A stretch of 64,000 bases of DNA, from NCBI GenBank assembly GCA_040260805.1, contig JBDQPD010000002.1, forward strand, positions 2,557 through 66,556, in the 5' to 3' direction. Made by a program: the position numbers and the translations under genes. The notes under the pieces were generated by a model. It worked only from the letters and a program-made list of their open reading frames with translations, was not told the DNA's origin and made no database searches. Positions 57,837 to 64,000 of the stretch are shown here, one piece after another (the stretch's first letter is position 1; each line of letters opens with the position of its first letter). The DNA is from Myxococcota bacterium. GTDB taxonomy: Bacteria; Myxococcota; UBA4151.

Positions 57837-59627
57837 GTGACCGATGCGCTCAACGAGAAACTCAAGTGGGGTTGGGGGTATGATGCCCTTCGAGCACCTC
57901 AACGTCAGGCGATCGAGTCGGCGCTCGCCGGAAAAGACAGCTTGGTCATCCTGCCGACAGGCGGTGGGAAGTCGATCTGCTTTCAGCTGCCACCGCTGGT
58001 GGGTCACGGACCCACGCTGATCGTGAGTCCTTTGATCGCGCTGATGGAGGACCAGGTACAGTCGGCGCGCCAGGCGGTCTCGGCGGCAGCGCTTCACTCT
58101 GATTTATCACCCCAGCACCAAGCCACCATCGTGCGCGACTATCAAGCAGGTCACATCAGCCTGCTCTACACGTCGCCAGAGCGGCTGGCGCACAGCAGAC
58201 TCCTGAGTGATCTGATGCTTCGCCCTCCGGCATTGATCGCCGTTGATGAAGCCCACTGCATCTCATCATGGGGTCACGACTTTCGTCCGGAATACCGCCA
58301 GCTCGCCGACCTGCTCGAGCGTCTCGATGCGCCGCGGATGGCGCTGACGGCAACAGCGACGCCCCAAGTGGCTCAAGACATCGCTGCGCAGTTAAGGCTC
58401 AAAGACCCAGTACAGGTGATGGCGCCGGTGCATCGAGCCAACCTCAAGCTCAGCTGTCTGGCTCGCCACGACCGACGCCGCCAACTCAGCGACTTGATCG
58501 AAGCTCGACGCGGCCAATGCGGTATTGTCTACTGCCGCAAGCGCAAGGACACCGAAGAGCTCGCCGACTGGTTCAAAGCCAAAGGGCACCGATGCGCCGC
58601 TTTTCATGCCGGTCTAGCCGCAGCGCGTAAAAAACAGACGCTCAACGCATTTACTCACGACCAGCTTGATGTGGTTTTTGCGACCGTAGCCTTTGGGATG
58701 GGGATCGACCGACCCGATGTTCGCTTTGTCATTCATGCCGCCATGCCCGGCTCACTCGAAGCCTACGTCCAAGAATCAGGTCGGGCTGGGCGAGACGGAG
58801 AGGCCGCAGACTGCATCTTGCTGCACAGCGGTCAGGACATCCGAACCGCTCAGTTTTTTATCGACGAAGAAAACCCAAGTGATGAGCGTCGACAATCGCT
58901 CGAGCGTGCCTTGTGGTCGATGGTCGACTTTGCGCGCACACCAGCTTGTCGGCATCAACAAATCAGTGAACATTTCGGGCAGCAGCTTGCCGGCAATGGT
59001 CGATGCGGCGCGTCCTGTGATGTGTGCTCTGGAGCGCTAGACACCCTACCCGACCAGGAGGGCTTGCAGATCGCTGAAGCGGTTCTTGAGCTGGTCAGCG
59101 GACTGCGTGGACGCTTCGGCCGAAGCCATATCGCGGCGATCTTGGCGGGCTCAAAAGCGGAACGCATTCGAAAATGGAAACACCATCAACTCCAGCTGCA
59201 CGGCCGGCTTCGGCGCTATGGAGAAAAGGGAATCATGCAGCTCATTGATCAACTTGAGCACCATAAACTGGTGCAAGCAGGGCAGCAAAACGGATACCCC
59301 GTGATCGAGCTTGGAATGGTGAGCCTAGACGTCCAAGCCCCACCCGCCTTAGTGGTCACGGTGGCGCCAGCTCAAAAAAGCAGCCCGAAAACTACGCTGA
59401 GGGATCGCGACCAGCAACTCTTTGAGACGCTCAAGGCATGGCGCGCTGAGCTCGCGCAAGCACGCGGCGTGCCGGCTTATCGGATCGCCAGCGACCGAAG
59501 CCTCAAGCACGTCGCCAGCAACCGCCCTATGAGTCGCCAAGAGCTGTTAGCAATTCATGGATTTGGAGCGGTCAAGGTTGACGAGCTGGCGGACGAAATC
59601 CTCCCCCTTGTGGCCCAAACTGAGTAG
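57837..59627 (+). CDS. recQ: ATP-dependent DNA helicase RecQ
   Basis: PTGGGKS, DEAH ([18 protein letters not shown]), zinc-binding RQC Cys cluster and C-terminal HRDC domain. Start ambiguous between ATG 57801 and GTG 57837; the latter has an AGGAA SD. Confidence 0.85.
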   Translation: MTDALNEKLKWGWGYDALRAPQRQAIESALAGKDSLVILPTGGGKSICFQLPPLVGHGPTLIVSPLIALMEDQVQSARQAVSAAALHSDLSPQHQATIVRDYQAGHISLLYTSPERLAHSRLLSDLMLRPPALIAVDEAHCISSWGHDFRPEYRQLADLLERLDAPRMALTATATPQVAQDIAAQLRLKDPVQVMAPVHRANLKLSCLARHDRRRQLSDLIEARRGQCGIVYCRKRKDTEELADWFKAKGHRCAAFHAGLAAARKKQTLNAFTHDQLDVVFATVAFGMGIDRPDVRFVIHAAMPGSLEAYVQESGRAGRDGEAADCILLHSGQDIRTAQFFIDEENPSDERRQSLERALWSMVDFARTPACRHQQISEHFGQQLAGNGRCGASCDVCSGALDTLPDQEGLQIAEAVLELVSGLRGRFGRSHIAAILAGSKAERIRKWKHHQLQLHGRLRRYGEKGIMQLIDQLEHHKLVQAGQQNGYPVIELGMVSLDVQAPPALVVTVAPAQKSSPKTTLRDRDQQLFETLKAWRAELAQARGVPAYRIASDRSLKHVASNRPMSRQELLAIHGFGAVKVDELADEILPLVAQTE

Positions 59628-60528
59628 GCGGCGGAGCAGAGGGTCGCTTCTGGAGTTTGCGTTTGTCGTTTTTCGGCTCGACCGTAATGATCTTCGGTCC
59701 ACCGCGACCAGGCGCAGGCGCCGGAGGGGGGCGCAGCGCCGTCAACTCGTTGAGCTTCATCTTAAAATCGATGCTCAAGGTGCTCCCTTGAACCCGAAAC
59801 TTCATCGCTCGTCCCAGCTTCATCGACGAGGGGTGGTTCGAATTCAATAAGCCTAAACTCACCATCATCTGGATGCCGCTAGCTGCCTCAGGGCTTCGAG
59901 CGCGAATACGCATCTTGGCGTGCAGCTTGTCGGCTTTGAGCCAGCCCTTCACCTGGATCTCATGAATCTCGGCTAGAGGGGACGCCTCTTGCTGTTTTAG
60001 GATCAGCTTACGCGCTTGCGATGTGCTGCGAAAACGAAGCCACGCTTTCGAGCCGCGCAAAAAAGGCGGCAAAGCCCTCAGCGGCGGCAGCGTCCCCTTC
60101 AGAGCCTGCTCGACCATCGGCCGATAGCCCGCCTGGATCACACGCGAGGATTCAAGCGCAAACATCGGCGAGTTGATGTTGCCTGCGTACGCCGTCTTGC
60201 CCGCAATCTTGAGCTGCTTGATCGCTGTTTTGTCTTGGTTTTTTGCCCACGAACTGTGGATTCTTTTGGGCTTAAATCGGCCTTTGAGCGTGACCAAGGG
60301 CTCGCCCGGCTTGTCGGGGTTGATCGGCTGCGTCATGCGAAACTTGATATGGTCAAGGTCGCGCATCGGTCGAAAACCAATCTCTTCGATAAAGCCTTTG
60401 AATTGGGGCGGCGCATCTTGAAGGAGTTGCGCCGCCGCACGCTGGACCGACTTGCTCTTCTTAAAATCCGTCACGTTCACTTCACCGTCGATGATAAATA
60501 CGGCTGCAGCGAGTACCAAACTGTTCAT
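59572..60528 (-). CDS. Secreted hypothetical protein with Pro-rich C-terminus, translationally coupled downstream of phosphoglucomutase
   Basis: Start [15 protein letters not shown] (signal peptide). ATGA overlap with the pgm stop. C-terminal [12 protein letters not shown]...[16 protein letters not shown]. Confidence 0.5.
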   Translation of the reverse strand: MNSLVLAAAVFIIDGEVNVTDFKKSKSVQRAAAQLLQDAPPQFKGFIEEIGFRPMRDLDHIKFRMTQPINPDKPGEPLVTLKGRFKPKRIHSSWAKNQDKTAIKQLKIAGKTAYAGNINSPMFALESSRVIQAGYRPMVEQALKGTLPPLRALPPFLRGSKAWLRFRSTSQARKLILKQQEASPLAEIHEIQVKGWLKADKLHAKMRIRARSPEAASGIQMMVSLGLLNSNHPSSMKLGRAMKFRVQGSTLSIDFKMKLNELTALRPPPAPAPGRGGPKIITVEPKNDKRKLQKRPSAPPPTQFGPQGGGFRPPARQP

Positions 60529-62228
60529 GATCTCTCCAAGGCTTGCCGCCATGCCTGCATCGAGGCCTTGAGCGCTTCCGCTGACTGATCAACGCCCTGA
60601 GCGCTGCGATATTCGAAATAAGTCTTAACTTTTGGTTCGGTTCCGGATGGACGAACCAAAACGCGTAGACCCTCTTCGGCGCTGCCATAGTTCAGCGCGA
60701 TCAAGTTTGCGCGCAACTCTTTAGCCCATGGGGCGCCCTCATTAAAGTCGTGTCGGCTTCGCAAGCTCAACCCTGCGAGCCCTTCAGGCGCCCCAAAGCG
60801 AACCCGATCGACCGCCTCTTTCATCGACTCTGCGGCGTCGACCCCTTCGAAGCGCTGAACCCATTGACCTGACGAAAAAGCACCGATCTCATGATGAATT
60901 TGATTCAATCGTGAAGCGATGCTCTGACCCTCCGCTTTAAGCGCCCGTGCGCGATGCGCAAAGGCTAACGCGGCGCTGACCCCATCTTTGTCGGCGACCG
61001 TCTCGCCGACGCAGTAACCGAGCGCTTCTTCGTAACCAAAGGCAAAGGGCTGATCGGGGCGCCGGCGGCGCTCGGCCATGATCCACTTAAACCCGGTCAG
61101 CGCCGAGGCGTAGGTGTGGCCGCGCGCCGTGACCAAGGCAGACAGCGCCTGAGACGATACAATCGATGCAGCAAAGACCGCCGGGGGTCCTTGATAAGCG
61201 ATGAGGCAGTGATCGCCGAGGACCAAGCCGATCTGATTGCCATTGAGCAACGCAAACCCCTCTGCGCAGGGCAGCGCAACGGCTAAGCGGTCGGCGTCTG
61301 GGTCATTAGCAAGCACCAAGTCGGCACCAACCTTAGCCGCGAGTGCCATCGCTAAATCCATCGCGCCATCCTCTTCGGGGTTCGGGAAGGCGACGGTTGG
61401 AAAGGTTCCATCGGGCTGATGCTGTTCAGCGACGCAATGCAACTCAAAGCCTGCTCGCTCAAGGAGGGTCACGACCGACTCACCGCCGACCCCGTGCATC
61501 GCCGAGTAGACAATCCGCAACGGCGTGCTCGCAGCGCTGACGCTCGGCGTCTCGTCCTCGACAGCTTGCCAATAGGTGCTCAGTTCAGCGTGGCCTAGCC
61601 CTTCAAGCTTGGGTCCTGCTTGATCGGCAGCTAAAACGGCGAGGTCAGAGGCTCTCGACAGCGCATGATGCTCAATAGCTTGAGCGATCTGACCGTCGAT
61701 GGGCGGGATGATCTGAGCGGCGTGATCCCAGTACACTTTAAAGCCATTATCTTGCGGCGGGTTATGCGATGCGGTCACTTGAATGCCGGCAAGCGCGCCG
61801 AGTCGTCGAACCCAGAATGAGGTCGCTGGAGTGGGCGTGGGTTGATCCCAAAGGTAAACGGCCACCCCACGCGCCCTGAGCACGGCCGCCGATTCATCGG
61901 CAAACTGCTTTGAGCGGTGTCGCGCATCAAAACCGATCACCACCCCGCGCGCAAGCTCCTGCGTCGAGGCCTGCAAAACATCAGCGAGCCCATGACAGGT
62001 CTGACGGATAACCGCTGTATTCATCGCAGCGGGGCCGGCGCCTATGGGGCCCCGCAAACCCGCTGTGCCAAAGCTCAGGCGTCCAGAAAACCGTGCGCGC
62101 AGAAGGTCGGAATCGCCCTCTTTGAGTGCTAATTCCAGCTCCGCTCGATCGATCGGGTCGGGGTCTCCAGCGAGCCAGGATTCAACCTGCATTCGCAACT
62201 CTTGATCCATGGGCTTTGCCTCCTTCAC
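60525..62228 (-). CDS. Phosphoglucomutase / phosphomannomutase (alpha-D-phosphohexomutase superfamily)
   Basis: Active-site loop TASHNP (GIQVTASHNPPQDNG), metal-binding DPDADR, sugar-binding GEES. Confidence 0.85.
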   Translation of the reverse strand: MKEAKPMDQELRMQVESWLAGDPDPIDRAELELALKEGDSDLLRARFSGRLSFGTAGLRGPIGAGPAAMNTAVIRQTCHGLADVLQASTQELARGVVIGFDARHRSKQFADESAAVLRARGVAVYLWDQPTPTPATSFWVRRLGALAGIQVTASHNPPQDNGFKVYWDHAAQIIPPIDGQIAQAIEHHALSRASDLAVLAADQAGPKLEGLGHAELSTYWQAVEDETPSVSAASTPLRIVYSAMHGVGGESVVTLLERAGFELHCVAEQHQPDGTFPTVAFPNPEEDGAMDLAMALAAKVGADLVLANDPDADRLAVALPCAEGFALLNGNQIGLVLGDHCLIAYQGPPAVFAASIVSSQALSALVTARGHTYASALTGFKWIMAERRRRPDQPFAFGYEEALGYCVGETVADKDGVSAALAFAHRARALKAEGQSIASRLNQIHHEIGAFSSGQWVQRFEGVDAAESMKEAVDRVRFGAPEGLAGLSLRSRHDFNEGAPWAKELRANLIALNYGSAEEGLRVLVRPSGTEPKVKTYFEYRSAQGVDQSAEALKASMQAWRQALERS

Positions 62229-62292
62229 TGCGTACGCTTTTCAAACCGACGAAGGTCGCGCAAGGTTGCCGCCGATTTGAGGGGAGGCTCCT

Positions 62293-63057
62293 ATGCGATT
62301 CGCAGTCTTGGTTGTGGCCAGTAGCGCGCTGATTTGCGCGTGTTCGACGACGCCTAAAAGCCTCGACGTTGATGCTGACGTACCCCTCAGTACAGCGCCG
62401 AAGAAGCCTCTGAAGCCCGTGCCTGGGCCAAATCAGATCCTGCTCGATGGCAACATCAGCAACGTGCGCTGGGGTGATGGAGACACCTTCAGCTTGCGCA
62501 CGCTGACCGGTAAAAGAAAAAATGCTCGGCTGGCAGGCTTTAATGCCCTTGAATCTTATGGCCCGGTTCACCGCTGGGGTGATTGGACCTACGCCGAACT
62601 GTATCAGCTCGCAAAGGCTGCTGGGGTCGCGGCTTCAGCTAAGGGCTGGGTCTGCACAACGCAACCGGGCGGGGGCGGCTACGGACGTTTACTGGTGGAC
62701 TGTCCGGGGCTCGAAAGAGAGCTGATCTCCAAAGGCTTAGCTCATGTCTTCTCGATCAACGGACCAGGCGATGAGGCGGTCTTAGCGCTTCAAAAGCAAG
62801 CGCAGAAACAAAGCCAAGGCATCTGGGCGAAGGGCGTGCCTGAGGGTTTGATCACGGGTCTACACAGCGCGGATGAGCGCTCTGATCGCAAACAAGCGTA
62901 TGACCGAGTCGTCGATACCCAAACCGGCGAAGCGCCCGCAGTGCCGCACACCAAAAGTTATGAGGTCTGCCAAGAGGTCTGCCATCAATCGAGTTGTATG
63001 ATCTATGTCCCCTACCGGATGCGTTATGGCGACAAGCGAGCCAGCTGCCTGCGCTAA
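62293..63057 (+). CDS. Lipoprotein, SNase-family nuclease plus the same C-terminal 4-Cys domain as gene 42321..43262
   Basis: Lipobox LICAC. GDGDTFSL...ARLAGFNALE...GGYGRLLVDCPGLERELISKGLAHV...QGIWA. The C-terminal ...YEVCQEVCHQSSCMIYVPYRMRYGDKRASCL parallels ...YGECHNVCVQE...MIYTDFRRRFGGGKATCL. Confidence 0.7.
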   Translation: MRFAVLVVASSALICACSTTPKSLDVDADVPLSTAPKKPLKPVPGPNQILLDGNISNVRWGDGDTFSLRTLTGKRKNARLAGFNALESYGPVHRWGDWTYAELYQLAKAAGVAASAKGWVCTTQPGGGGYGRLLVDCPGLERELISKGLAHVFSINGPGDEAVLALQKQAQKQSQGIWAKGVPEGLITGLHSADERSDRKQAYDRVVDTQTGEAPAVPHTKSYEVCQEVCHQSSCMIYVPYRMRYGDKRASCLR

Positions 63058-63068
63058 GAAAGTCTGAG

Positions 63069-64000
63069 CGTGTACGCCCTCATTCGCCCTGTTTTGTTTC
63101 TGTTCTCGGCCGAGCAAGCGCACCACCTTGGTGTGTTCATTGCCCGTATTCTGGCGCCGTTTAGTTCTATTTTACGGCCGCTCTTGTTGCCCAACTGCAA
63201 ACGTCTTGAACAAGACCTGCTCGGTGGACGTTGGGCTCATCCGATCGGACTCGCTGCGGGCTTGGACAAAGACGGTCGAGCGGCTGCAGGCTTTGCCGGT
63301 TTTGGTTTTGGCGCCATCGAAATCGGAACGATCACCGCACATGGGCAGCCCGGGAACCCAAAACCTCGGCTGTTTCGAGTCCGCGCAGATCGCGCCATCA
63401 TCAATCGGTTCGGATTTAACAACCCAGGCTGTCAGGCCGCCCAAAAGACACTCTCACGCTACAATCTACCCTGTCCGCTTGGTGGTAACATCGGCAAGTC
63501 GAAGATCACACCAAACGACGAGGCGCTGACTGATTATTGCCAAAGCGTCGCCGCGCTTGGTCCCCATGTTGATTACCTGGTGATCAACGTATCGAGCCCG
63601 AACACTCCGGGCTTACGTGACCTCCAACAACTCGACGCGCTCAGGCCACTCATCACGGGCGTTCAGTCGGCGATCGCCAAGCTCGAACGGTCCGTGCCCT
63701 TAGCGCTCAAGGTTGCGCCAGACCTCGCCGATGACGACCTTCACGCGATCGCAGACCTTGCGGTTGAAACCCAGCTCGACGCCTTGATCGCCACCAACAC
63801 CACGATCGCCCGAACAGGGTTGAGTCTAAGCCACAGCGCGATCGATGCGATCGGAGCAGGCGGCTTGAGTGGTGCGCCGCTGCAAGTCAGGGCGCGGACG
63901 GTCACCGAGCTGCTCGCTCGACGCCTTGAGCGCCGAGTTCCGCTGATCTCAGTGGGGGGAATCGACAGCGGCGAAGAAGCTTATCGGCGCATCCGACTGG
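63069..64000 (+). CDS. pyrD: Dihydroorotate dehydrogenase (quinone), class 2; 3'-partial at the window end
   Basis: GTG start. VYALIRPVLF...NPIGLAAGLDKDG...GFGAIEIGTIT...NRFGFNN...INVSSPNTPGLR is colinear with E. coli PyrD as recalled. Confidence 0.85.

Noticed and set aside
1-64000. CRISPR arrays, integrases / transposases, reverse transcriptases, toxin-antitoxin pairs, prophage blocks
   Set aside because: None detected. The only tandem repeats are intragenic and protein-coding, and gene content is chromosomal housekeeping plus secreted / envelope proteins.

Overview
High-GC (~59%) bacterial chromosome segment. It is almost entirely coding; no CRISPR, integrase, transposase or reverse-transcriptase signal was seen. 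Several features point to a Myxococcota / Bradymonadia-like, probably predatory, deltaproteobacterial lineage: two matrixin proteases ending in MYXO-CTERM-like tails, a lipoprotein with TIGR02232-type 'CGDG..CDDGN' cysteine-rich repeats, a PomA/MotA-type stator with two MotB paralogs, a roadblock/LC7 protein, giant TPR proteins and three secreted SNase nucleases. These lineage assignments are inference from motifs I recognise, not search results.

Layout, in window order:
- Minus strand, 1-11.3 kb: partial >1000-aa TPR protein that runs off the window start and is missing from the ORF track; 782-aa TPR/coiled-coil secreted protein; secreted acidic protein; roadblock/LC7 protein; tRNA-Leu(CAA); lspA; secA; M23 peptidase. 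A PP2C phosphatase follows.
- Plus strand, 12.4-25.3 kb: a 13-gene, translationally coupled run. It contains pomA-like stator, motB-like, motB/ompA, nadK, recN, rarA, a 58-aa membrane peptide, a 322-aa very basic hypothetical, mutS2, a hypothetical, and two M16 peptidases.
- 25.3-27.4 kb: GT2 glycosyltransferase and a UGM-like flavoprotein.
- 27.4-31.3 kb: two Cys-rich M10 metalloproteases with MYXO-CTERM tails bracketing a small secreted protein.
- 31.4-37.1 kb: argJ, rseP, an exonuclease-less family-A DNA polymerase, a sigma-54 response regulator.
- 37.1-41.6 kb: RCC1 / Cys-repeat lipoprotein and class I fumarase.
- 41.6-46.1 kb: the most interesting locus. Divergent SNase lipoprotein, then a coupled operon of SNase-like two-domain protein, a lipoprotein with ten acidic 3-Cys repeats, and an outer-membrane beta-barrel carrying the same repeats.
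- 46.2-64.0 kb: metH, murI, lipoprotein, UDP-glucose dehydrogenase, epimerase, purF, membrane protein, OPT transporter, recQ, secreted Pro-rich protein, phosphoglucomutase, a third SNase-like lipoprotein, and pyrD (partial).
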